A stretch of 64,000 nucleotides of DNA from an uncultured Geobacter sp. (GCA_903857795.1 CAIOGM010000159.1:5458-69457); one strand, 5' to 3'; positions 45,506 through 53,390 are shown, numbered from the stretch's first letter. Notes: generated by a model from the sequence alone, not told the origin. Numbers and translations are program-made.

Positions 45506-47750
45506 ATTGATGTTCGCTTACGCTGCGTGCGCCGAGCAGGTTCCCGATTATCTCGGTGAGCTGGCGGAGCCGGATCGGTTTGCTCACAAAAGCGTCGGCG
45601 CCGGCCGCCAGGCAACGCTCCCGCTCCTCCGGCGAAGCCTGGGCGGTGAGGGCGATGAGGGGGATTTCCCCGGCAGGGGAGGGGAGCTCCCTGATCCGCC
45701 GGATCGCCTCGATGCCGCTCATGCCGGGCATCCGGATATCCATGAGGACCAGCGCCGGCAGCTCACGTTCGGTGAGAGCCACGGCTTCATCTCCAGAACC
45801 GGCGCCGATGATCCGGTACCCTTCACCCTGCAGATAGCTCGCCACCATGTCGAAGGCGACCTGGTTGTCTTCGGCCAGGAGGATGAGTCGGGAACGGGAA
45901 ACGGTGACTGCTGACGCGGGAGCGGCGACCGGTGACTGGTTATTGGTGACTGGGGTGCGGCAGGTGGCGGTAGTTCCCTCCGCCTGCAAGGGGATGGTCA
46001 CCGTGAAACAGCTCCCCTCGGCGGGCCGGCTCGCCACGGTCACGCTCCCGTGATGCAGGGCGGTCAGTTGCGCCACCAGGGCGAGCCCCAGGCCGGTCCC
46101 TTCATGGCGGCGGGAGAGGCTGTCATCCACCTGGGTGAAGGGGTGGAAGAGCTCCTGCTGCTGCGCCTCGCCGATCCCGATGCCGCTGTCTCTGACCGCG
46201 AACCGCACCCCGCCTCCGGCAGGGTCACCGGTCACCTCCAGCTGGACACTCCCCCCCCGGGGGGTGAACTTGACGGCATTGTCCAAAAGATTCAGGAGGA
46301 TCTGTTTCATCCGCCGGCGGTCGGCGCGAAACAGTCGGGGCGCCTCCGTGCTCCCGCTGATGAGGGTGATTCCCTTGGCCGCCGCGGGAGCGGTCATGTA
46401 ACCGATGCACTCCTCGCAGAGCTCCTGCAGGGAGATCTCTTCGAGGAAGAGCTCCATCTTGTTCGCTTCGATCTTGGAGATATCCAGGATGTCGTTGATG
46501 AGGGAGAGGAGATGCTCCCCGCTGCCGTGGATGCTCTGCAGCGCCGCCGACTGCTCATCGGTGAGCGGGCCCCTGAGCCGCGCCAGGAGCGATTCTGACA
46601 GGCCGAGGATGGCGTTGAGCGGCGTCCGGAGCTCATGGGTCATGGTGGCGAGAAAGCGGCTCTTGGCACGGGTGGCGCTCTCCGCCTCCTGACGCGCCTG
46701 TTTCAGGAAGCCCATGGCGCCGTTGATGCTCCGGGCCAGGTTGTTCAGCTCTGCTCCGTCCGGTTCGGTCAGCAGGGTGTCGGGTTGGGTGAAGTCCAGG
46801 CAAGAGACCTTGCCGCTCAGGCTCTTCAGGGGGAGGAGCACGGTCCGGTTGAGCAGGAGCAGCATGGTGGTGATGAGCAGGGCGCCTACGCCGAAAAGGG
46901 CCCAGACGAAGTAGCCGGTGACCCGTCGCCCTTCGGCGGTGAAGCTTCTGGCCGCCGTCATCCGGACCGCGAATCTCTCTCCGGTCAGGATATCGGCCGC
47001 CAGGGAATACCCTTCGATCTCCTGCTCGCTGCTGAACCGTTCCAGCTGTCTCTTCCCCGGGGGGAGACGCAGCAGCAGTTCCCTGGTGGCGGCCGGGATC
47101 CGTCGGTCCGTGAGCGGCATGAGCTGAAACGGCTGGGAGACGGTCTTTCCCAGCTCCTGCAGCTCCGCCTCTTCCAGCTCATTGGCGAACACCAGCATCC
47201 CCCGGGACGGACCCTGCGCCTTGGAGGTGAGGACCGGATGGGTCGACGCCACATAGAAGGTCCCCCCCAGCCGGAAGAGTCCCGAGGTCGCCTCAACCGT
47301 CCCCTTCCGGCTGCCCAGTGTCGCCAGCTCTTTCAGCTTCTCCAGGAGGAGAGGAGAGAGCCGCCGCCTGCTCTGATCGGAAAAAGTATAGGAGCAGGCG
47401 TAGCGAGGCCGTCCGTCGGGGAGCATGAACAGGAGGTGCTCGATGTCATAGACCTTGAAATAGCTGGGGCTCAGATCGATGGTGATGAATTTGGAGGCGC
47501 CGGTTTTCATGAAATCGTACGCGTCATCCCAGTCCGCCCAGTCCACGACCCATTTCCCCAGGTCACGCTGTTTCTGCTCCAGGAGATAGGTGACGATCTT
47601 GAGCCGGTCGGAGAGTTGCCGGCTCTCCAGGGGGGAGACCTCGGAGATGATGATGCTGCGGGTGATGAGGAAGACCAGCAGGAGCGATCCCGCCAGGATC
47701 AGGATGGTGAGAAGCAGGGTCTTCTGTCTGATAGTCATTTTCGAACTCAT
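45504..47750 (-). CDS. Hybrid sensor histidine kinase: TM, CHASE4-like domain, TM, HisKA, HATPase, REC, without HPt
   Basis: 748 aa. The periplasmic part contains VVDWADWDDAYDFM, which is CHASE4-like. The H-box is THELRTPLNAI, the G-boxes are DSGIGI and GTGLGLAL, and the C-terminal receiver has LVLMDIRMPGMSG. The protein ends right after the receiver. Confidence 0.85.
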   Translation of the reverse strand: MSSKMTIRQKTLLLTILILAGSLLLVFLITRSIIISEVSPLESRQLSDRLKIVTYLLEQKQRDLGKWVVDWADWDDAYDFMKTGASKFITIDLSPSYFKVYDIEHLLFMLPDGRPRYACSYTFSDQSRRRLSPLLLEKLKELATLGSRKGTVEATSGLFRLGGTFYVASTHPVLTSKAQGPSRGMLVFANELEEAELQELGKTVSQPFQLMPLTDRRIPAATRELLLRLPPGKRQLERFSSEQEIEGYSLAADILTGERFAVRMTAARSFTAEGRRVTGYFVWALFGVGALLITTMLLLLNRTVLLPLKSLSGKVSCLDFTQPDTLLTEPDGAELNNLARSINGAMGFLKQARQEAESATRAKSRFLATMTHELRTPLNAILGLSESLLARLRGPLTDEQSAALQSIHGSGEHLLSLINDILDISKIEANKMELFLEEISLQELCEECIGYMTAPAAAKGITLISGSTEAPRLFRADRRRMKQILLNLLDNAVKFTPRGGSVQLEVTGDPAGGGVRFAVRDSGIGIGEAQQQELFHPFTQVDDSLSRRHEGTGLGLALVAQLTALHHGSVTVASRPAEGSCFTVTIPLQAEGTTATCRTPVTNNQSPVAAPASAVTVSRSRLILLAEDNQVAFDMVASYLQGEGYRIIGAGSGDEAVALTERELPALVLMDIRMPGMSGIEAIRRIRELPSPAGEIPLIALTAQASPEERERCLAAGADAFVSKPIRLRQLTEIIGNLLGARSVSEHQ

Positions 47751-47776
47751 GAAGGTACATCTCCTTGCTGGGTGGT

Positions 47777-47792
47777 ATTCAATATCCGTGCC
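47777..47792 (-). promoter_or_regulatory. Sigma-54-like element (GGCAC-N-TTGAAT) upstream of the CHASE4 kinase gene
   Basis: The minus strand reads cGGCACggataTTGAATac. It has GG-N10-GA, the same deviant TTGAAT -12 element as at 38664-38679. Confidence 0.3.
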
Positions 47793-47897
47793 GATTCGCA
47801 GCCGTTGCGAATTATTTCGAATTTAGTGCTACTCGCCGGTAATTGCAGGTGATAATGACGGACTCGGCGTAGATGAATCTTGGGCAGTTCTTTCTGT

Positions 47898-47927
47898 TTG
47901 TAACATTCTGTCGATTTATCGTATGAT
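47898..47927 (+). promoter_or_regulatory. Candidate sigma-70 promoter for the divergent activator gene (TTGTAA-N18-TATGAT)
   Basis: Read directly, about 50 nt upstream of the ATG at 47979. Confidence 0.35.
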
Positions 47928-47978
47928 ATGGTCACTTTTTGCGGGGCGGAAGTTACTCAAGAAACAGGAGGTGATCTC

Positions 47979-49397
47979 ATGACCGGCGTCAGGGTGCTCA
48001 TCTGCGACGACGAAGAGGAGTCTCTGGCCCTCTTCTCCCGGATGCTCGGTAACGAGGGGATGGCGGTGGAGTGCTTCGCCTCCGGGGAAAAGCTGATACA
48101 GCGGCTCAGGGATGGGGGGGATGCTGCGCTTCTTCTGCTGGATGTCCGGATGCCGGAGGTGAGCGGCCTGCAGCTGCTGGAACAGCTCCGGCAGCTGCGA
48201 CCGGAGCTGCAGATCATCATGATGACGGCGTTCGGCACCATCGATGACGCGGTGAAGGCGATCCGGCTGGGCGCCTATGACTTTATCACCAAGCCGTGCC
48301 CGCGGGCCAAGCTCCTGGTGAGCATCAGGCACGCCCTGGAGAACGATTTTCTGAGACGGGAAAACCGGGAACTTCGCAGTCAGCTGAAGAGTCCGGACGC
48401 TGCGGGGGCCATCGTCTTCCGGAGTGAGCGGTTTCGCGAGATTCATGACCTGGCCCTCAAGGTTGCCGGCAGCAGCGCCAATATCGTCATCCTGGGTGAG
48501 TCGGGGACCGGCAAGGAGCTCATCGCCCGGGTCATCCATCGGCAGAGTCCCCGCAGCAACCGTCCCTTCTTATCCATCAACTGCGCCGCCTTTTCCGAAT
48601 CGCTCCTGGAGAGCCAGCTCTTCGGCCATCTCCGGGGGGCGTTTACCGGCGCCGTCGCCAGCCACAAGGGGTTTCTGGAGGAGGCCGATGGCGGGACGCT
48701 CTTTCTCGACGAGATCGCCGACATGGCCCCGGCGATCCAGGCCAAGGTCCTGAGGGCCATTCAGGAGGGGGAGTTCTTTCCGGTGGGGGCCGGCAACTCC
48801 CGGCGGGTGGATGTCCGCTTCGTCGCGGCCACCAACCGGGAGCTGGAGCGGGAGGTCGCCGCCGGGCGGTTCCGTGAAGATCTCTTCTTCCGGCTCAGTG
48901 TCATAACTCTGAAGCTCCCCCCCTTGAGGGAACGGCGGGACGACATCGAACCGCTGACCGACTATTACCTTGCCCTGTTCAACAGCCAGATGAAGAAGAG
49001 GGTCACTGGAATCTCCACCGAGGCGCGGCGGCTGCTCATCGCCTACTCCTGGCCAGGCAATGTCCGGGAGCTGAGGAATATCATGGAGCGGGCGATCATC
49101 CTGGCGGAGGGGTGCGAGATAACGCCGGAGAGCCTGCCCCTCACCCTGAGCGACGGTGTGTCGGGGCCCCGGGCCGTCGTGGGGAGCCTGGAGAGCTCCC
49201 TGGAACAGCTGGAGAGGGAGCATATCGCCTGTATCCTGGAGGCCACGGGAGGGCACAAGAGCCGCAGCGCCGCGATCCTCGGCGTCTGCCGCAGAACCCT
49301 GGACCGCAAGATGGAAGCGTACGGCCTGGGAGAGCCGGCGCCGCGCGGCCGGCCGCCGAATCAGAAACGGCAGGGGGGTAACCGACATGATCCATGA
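47979..49397 (+). CDS. Sigma-54-dependent response regulator (NtrC family)
   Basis: A strong RBS (ACAGGAGGTG) precedes the ATG at 47979 (MTGVRVLICDDEEE). It has the receiver motif LLLDVRMPEVSG, Walker A GESGTGKE, GAFTGA, WPGNVRELRN and a C-terminal Fis-type HTH. Confidence 0.9.
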   Translation: MTGVRVLICDDEEESLALFSRMLGNEGMAVECFASGEKLIQRLRDGGDAALLLLDVRMPEVSGLQLLEQLRQLRPELQIIMMTAFGTIDDAVKAIRLGAYDFITKPCPRAKLLVSIRHALENDFLRRENRELRSQLKSPDAAGAIVFRSERFREIHDLALKVAGSSANIVILGESGTGKELIARVIHRQSPRSNRPFLSINCAAFSESLLESQLFGHLRGAFTGAVASHKGFLEEADGGTLFLDEIADMAPAIQAKVLRAIQEGEFFPVGAGNSRRVDVRFVAATNRELEREVAAGRFREDLFFRLSVITLKLPPLRERRDDIEPLTDYYLALFNSQMKKRVTGISTEARRLLIAYSWPGNVRELRNIMERAIILAEGCEITPESLPLTLSDGVSGPRAVVGSLESSLEQLEREHIACILEATGGHKSRSAAILGVCRRTLDRKMEAYGLGEPAPRGRPPNQKRQGGNRHDP

Positions 49398-49572
49398 ACT
49401 GAATACGCCGCTCTTCATCATCATCGGGAGGGCGGAACTCCTCCAGAACGAGCGTCCGGACGACCCGGTGGTGCAGGAGCACCTGACCATTATCCTGGCG
49501 CAGGCGGAGAGGCTGCAGGAGATCATCGAGGGGCTGCGGGATGAGGAGCGGGGGGGTGCAGGGAATTCTTGA
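49387..49572 (+). CDS. 61-aa DHp (HisKA)-only mini-protein, or the remnant of a degraded kinase gene
   Basis: MIHELNTPLFIIIGRAELL is a canonical H-box helix, and a second helix follows (LTIILAQAERLQEIIEGL). No ATPase domain follows. The start overlaps the activator stop by 11 nt, and GC3-rich codon usage is consistent with coding. Confidence 0.45.
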   Translation: MIHELNTPLFIIIGRAELLQNERPDDPVVQEHLTIILAQAERLQEIIEGLRDEERGGAGNS

Positions 49573-49640
49573 CAAACCACGGCGATTGTCTCATAAAGGT
49601 GCAGTATCGTAGGATTCCGTTCTGAGAGGAGCCGCTCCAT

Positions 49641-50810
49641 ATGCGCTGTCGTAGCCATCTCTGTCTGGTGCATGACGTCTCCATCGACGCTGCCCTTCCT
49701 GCCCTCGATCCCCTGTTGCGCCCCTCTGATATGTATCTGCTGGTGAGCCCTGATCGTGAACCCCAGGCCCGCTGGCTGGAGTCGATCCTCCGGCCGGAAG
49801 GGATCACCGTGCATCTGAAGTTCCTCCGGGACCCCTGGAGCGTCTCCGCGGTCCGGAATCAGGTCTTGAGCATCCTCATGGGGCGTGGCCCCCATGATGT
49901 GGCGCTCAATCTCTCCGGGGCCTTCGGTCCGGCGGCCATCGGCGCCTATGAGGCGTTTCGCGGCGCCGAGCGGCCGATCTTCTATGTCCATCCGGAGCGC
50001 AACTGCCTGGTCTGGCTTCACCCGGAGGAGGGGCGGCTCTCCCCGCTGACAGGACAGATGAGCCTCACCGACTTTCTCCGGGCCCACGGCGCGGCCATCG
50101 GGGAGAACCCGGCCGACACCTCCATGCCGCGGGGGCTGCGCGCCCTGACCCGGGAGCTGATCGGCGGGGTGGAGCGGCTGGCGAAACCGATGGCCAGCCT
50201 CAACTGGTTCGCCTACCATGTGGATGGCGACCGCTGCACCCTCCCCCTGGACAGCGGCTATCTGAAATGGGGCGAGCTGCAGAACCTCATCGATCGCTTC
50301 GCCGAGTTCAACCTGGTGGAGCGGCAGGGGGACCGGCTTTGTTTCCCCGACGAGGGGGCCCGCCGTTACGTGAATGGCGGCTGGCTGGAGGACCATGTCT
50401 CAACCCACCTGGAGCAGCTCCGGACCGAAGACTCCTCCATCCAGGAAGTGGCGCGGGGGCTGGAATATGTCCGGCTGAATGACGCGGCGGCGATCAAAAA
50501 TGAGCTGGACGTGGCGTTTCTGGCGGGGAACCGGCTTCACATCATCGAATGCAAGACCAAGCGGTTTCAGTGCACCCTCAATCCGGACGCCCCCGGCGCG
50601 GACGCTCTCTACAAGCTGGACGGCGTGCGGCAGCAGTTGGGGGGGCGTCAGGCCCGGGTTCTCCTGGTCAGTTACCAGCCGCTCCTCGACTCTCACCGGC
50701 AGCGGGCCGCGGACATGGGGATCAGGCTCTGCGTCGGCCGGGAGATTCACTACATCACCGAACTACTCCGGGAGTGGGTTCAGCCTGAGGCGCTGGCCCC
50801 GCAGGAGTAA
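49641..50810 (+). CDS. Card1/Can2-like (DUF1887) protein: CARF-like N-domain plus PD-(D/E)xK nuclease
   Basis: 389 aa. The C-terminal half has GGWLEDHV...NELDVAFLAGNRLHIIECKTK...LGGRQARVLLVS, the Card1-type restriction-endonuclease-fold signature. The N-terminus is Rossmann-like (HLCLVHDVSIDAALPAL...YLLVSPD). A GAGAGGAG RBS precedes it. Confidence 0.68.
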   Translation: MRCRSHLCLVHDVSIDAALPALDPLLRPSDMYLLVSPDREPQARWLESILRPEGITVHLKFLRDPWSVSAVRNQVLSILMGRGPHDVALNLSGAFGPAAIGAYEAFRGAERPIFYVHPERNCLVWLHPEEGRLSPLTGQMSLTDFLRAHGAAIGENPADTSMPRGLRALTRELIGGVERLAKPMASLNWFAYHVDGDRCTLPLDSGYLKWGELQNLIDRFAEFNLVERQGDRLCFPDEGARRYVNGGWLEDHVSTHLEQLRTEDSSIQEVARGLEYVRLNDAAAIKNELDVAFLAGNRLHIIECKTKRFQCTLNPDAPGADALYKLDGVRQQLGGRQARVLLVSYQPLLDSHRQRAADMGIRLCVGREIHYITELLREWVQPEALAPQE

Positions 50811-50827
50811 TGATCCTAAAAACACAG

Positions 50828-50978
50828 TTCGAATAACACGGAGCAACGGAGCAACCGAGAAATCAAGACGTTGCACCAAGAGAGGGTTTCTCCAAAAAGG
50901 TGAGTCTTTGAAATGATTTTCTCAATGAATTTTGCCCGGATTTCAATCCGTTGCTCAGTCGCTCCGTGTTTCAAATGC
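50828..50978. repeat. ~150-bp element bounded by ~35-40 bp imperfect inverted repeats (MITE- or REP-like)
   Basis: The left arm contains AACACGGAGCAACGGAGCAAC (50835-50855). The right arm, GTTGCTCAGTCGCTCCGTGTT (50950-50970), is its reverse complement with 2 mismatches, and similarity extends into the flanks (GAA..AAATC). Confidence 0.4.
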
Positions 50979-51118
50979 TTTTTTCAGGATGATCGGCACT
51001 GAGCTGAATTGCCGTTAAACTTCACGTCCATGACACCTCCCTCTTCCCTCTCTACTATCTGATGCTGTGAAAAAAATCGCCTCACGCGGAGACGCTCATC
51101 CCTTGTTGTTTGAACCGA

Positions 51119-51140
51119 TATGTACTATGTTACGTACATA
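51119..51140. promoter_or_regulatory. Candidate YefM-YoeB operator: inverted repeat TATGTAC-N8-GTACATA
   Basis: A 7-bp perfect inverted repeat with GTAC cores lies 23 nt upstream of the yefM ATG. Confidence 0.4.
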
Positions 51141-51162
51141 ACTCGCCGAGGAGACACCAGCT

Positions 51163-51414
51163 ATGAATGCCTTGACCTATACCTTTACGCGACAGCATCT
51201 GGCAGATGTCATGCGCTCAGTCAATGAAGATCACGTTCCTGTTGTTGTGACCAGCCAGCGTGGTAAACCGGTTGTCATCCTTTCACTTGACGATTATCAC
51301 GCATTTGAAGAAACAGCGTACCTGCTCCGGAATCCGGATGGAGCCAGACGATTGCTTGATTCGGTGGAGGAGCTACGCGCAGGAGGCGGACAAGTTCGAG
51401 AGTTGTCGGAATGA
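51163..51414 (+). CDS. yefM: Type II antitoxin, Phd/YefM family
   Basis: 83 aa. The sequence VVTSQRGKPVVILSLDDYHAFEETAYLLRNPDGARRLLDS is characteristic of YefM. Confidence 0.9.
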   Translation: MNALTYTFTRQHLADVMRSVNEDHVPVVVTSQRGKPVVILSLDDYHAFEETAYLLRNPDGARRLLDSVEELRAGGGQVRELSE

Positions 51415-51665
51415 TGAGCAAATTCTCAACCGCTGCGTGGGAGGACTACCTTTACTGGCAGAAGAGCGACAGGGCCATACTCAAACGCATCAATCAACTG
51501 ATCCGGGAAATTCAGCGCGAACCGTTTACCGGTATCGGTAAGCCCGAACCACTCAAGCATCAGTTAGCCGGTTTCTGGTCTCGCAGAATAGACAGCTGTC
51601 ACCGCTTAGTGTATGCAGTCGAGGATGGAACACTCCTGATTGCACAGTGTCGTGATCATTATTGA
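51411..51665 (+). CDS. yoeB: Type II toxin, Txe/YoeB family mRNA interferase
   Basis: 84 aa with AWEDYLYWQKSDRAILKRINQLIREIQREPF.GIGKPEPLK and FWSRRIDSCHRLVY. It shares an ATGA overlap with yefM. Confidence 0.9.
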   Translation: MMSKFSTAAWEDYLYWQKSDRAILKRINQLIREIQREPFTGIGKPEPLKHQLAGFWSRRIDSCHRLVYAVEDGTLLIAQCRDHY

Positions 51666-51692
51666 GTCGTTTGTAAGGGAGAGGAGTCTGTC

Positions 51693-52394
51693 ATGAGTAT
51701 TTCCGATAATCTCTGTCATATCAGGGGCCGGATCACCGCCGCCGCCTTGGCTGCAGGCCGCGATCCGTCTGAAATCCGGCTGGTGGCGGTCTCCAAGACA
51801 CAGGCAGCCGCAGCGGTGAGCGAGGCTGCCCGGGCCGGCCAGGGGCTCTTCGGGGAGAACTACGTTCAGGAGTTCACCGCCAAGGCGGCGCACGTGACGG
51901 AACCGGTGGAGTGGCACTTCATCGGTTCTCTCCAGAGCAACAAGGTCCGGCAGCTGGTCGGTCTGGTCACCCTGATCCACTCGGTGGACCGGCTCTCCCT
52001 GGCCCAAGAGATCAGCCGGCAGTGGGGAAAAGCGGGGAAGAGCTGCGATATCCTCCTGGAGGTGAACATCGCCGGGGAGACGTCCAAGGGGGGAACCACC
52101 GCGGAGGCTCTCCTCTCCCTGACCCGGGAGGTGGCCACGTTGCCCCATCTGCGGATCAGGGGGCTCATGACCATGCCCCCCTTTTATGATGACCCGGATG
52201 CGGCTCGTCCCTATTTCCGCAGGCTCCGGGAGCTGGCCGGGGTCATCGGCACCTCTAAGATCCCCGGCGTCGCCATGACTGAACTTTCCATGGGGATGTC
52301 CGGCGATTTTGAGGCGGCCATCGAGGAGGGGGCGACCCTCGTCAGGGTCGGTACGGCGCTCTTTGGCCGGCGGGAGCATCCCCCTATCTCCTGA
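51693..52394 (+). CDS. yggS: YggS-family PLP-binding (PLP homeostasis) protein
   Basis: 233 aa with LVAVSKTQ (the PLP lysine), FGENYVQE, WHFIGSLQSNK and ELSMGMSGDFE. Confidence 0.88.
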   Translation: MSISDNLCHIRGRITAAALAAGRDPSEIRLVAVSKTQAAAAVSEAARAGQGLFGENYVQEFTAKAAHVTEPVEWHFIGSLQSNKVRQLVGLVTLIHSVDRLSLAQEISRQWGKAGKSCDILLEVNIAGETSKGGTTAEALLSLTREVATLPHLRIRGLMTMPPFYDDPDAARPYFRRLRELAGVIGTSKIPGVAMTELSMGMSGDFEAAIEEGATLVRVGTALFGRREHPPIS

Positions 52395-52428
52395 CCATCC
52401 ATGTGAAGTGCCGCGGATCTCTCATTTC

Positions 52429-52444
52429 TGGCACGGGAAATGCT
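52429..52444 (+). promoter_or_regulatory. Sigma-54 promoter (TGGCAC-N5-ATGCT)
   Basis: It reads cTGGCACgggaaATGCTg with exact GG-N10-GC spacing, 47 nt upstream of the ATG at 52491. Confidence 0.55.
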
Positions 52445-52490
52445 GTACAACCTGCTGTTCCCTACACAACGAGGCTCACAAGGAGGGGGT

Positions 52491-52946
52491 ATGAAGACTC
52501 TGTATCAGACTCTGCCGACCGCGCTCGCCATTTCCCTGCTCCTGGTTGGTGCGCTGGAAGCCCGCACCGTCTACCTGAAGGACGGCGCTACGCTGAAGGC
52601 CGAGGCTGCCTGGCGGGCCAACGGCAAGGTTATCGTGGTGCTGAATCCGGAGTCGGAACTCACGTTCCCGGAGGGGGAGGTCAACTTGCTGCTGTCCTTT
52701 CCTCAGCACGCCGTCCAGAAGAAGGGGCCGCCCCGGGAGACAGCGCCCGGTCAGATCCCGGCATCGCAACCGGTCGACTCCGCAAAAAAAGTCAGAGTAG
52801 TCCCGGCGACCGCAGCACCCCCTGCCGTGCCGCTCCCTGCGGCGACCCCTCCTCCGGCTGCGGCTCCCCGACCGACACCACCTGCGGCCACATCTTCACC
52901 GGCCAAACATCCTCTGCCGCCGAGGGGTGAGACCCCTCATGATTGA
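52491..52946 (+). CDS. Secreted hypothetical protein with a Pro/Ala-rich tail
   Basis: The Met at 52491 follows a CAAGGAGGGGG RBS. A signal peptide (LAISLLLVGALEA) and a small beta-rich domain are followed by a low-complexity PAxP tail. Confidence 0.55.
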   Translation: MKTLYQTLPTALAISLLLVGALEARTVYLKDGATLKAEAAWRANGKVIVVLNPESELTFPEGEVNLLLSFPQHAVQKKGPPRETAPGQIPASQPVDSAKKVRVVPATAAPPAVPLPAATPPPAAAPRPTPPAATSSPAKHPLPPRGETPHD

Positions 52947-53133
52947 GCAGGGGCAGAAACGCCCCTGCGCCGACTGCCGCTGCTGCCAGTGGTGCAGCGA
53001 TGACCGCTGTCGTCTCTGCCTCGGGAGCGGGGTGAACCGGCAGAAACTCTCCATCCGGCAACAGATCGAGCTGTTCGAGCGGCTCACCGCAGATGAAGAA
53101 AAGGGGGCCGACGAGGGAGGGGGGAGAGAGTAA
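52939..53133 (+). CDS. Small Cys-rich protein (CADCRCCQWCSDDRCRLC)
   Basis: 64 aa from the ATG at 52939, which overlaps the upstream stop by 8 nt. Eight Cys fall within 20 residues. I recognise no family. Confidence 0.4.
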   Translation: MIEQGQKRPCADCRCCQWCSDDRCRLCLGSGVNRQKLSIRQQIELFERLTADEEKGADEGGGRE

Positions 53134-53390
53134 GCGAGCCGCGCCTTGCCGTTATCCACACGGTTGCCCCCGATTACTCCGCGTAACACCCCGCAATAAA
53201 ACGTCTAATTTGCAGAAACAGGCGGTTATGGTCCCTCCGTCCACAGCTCCTGTTGAAAACTTCTTGATAACTGCTGGAAAAGTTTTTTAAGTTACCGTGA
53301 GATGGCGACGGAGAGCGCTTTGCCTAATTAAAAGGCAAGGCGCTCTCCGTGTTTCTGCTGCCCGGTTTCATGACGAGCTGATTTATTGGC

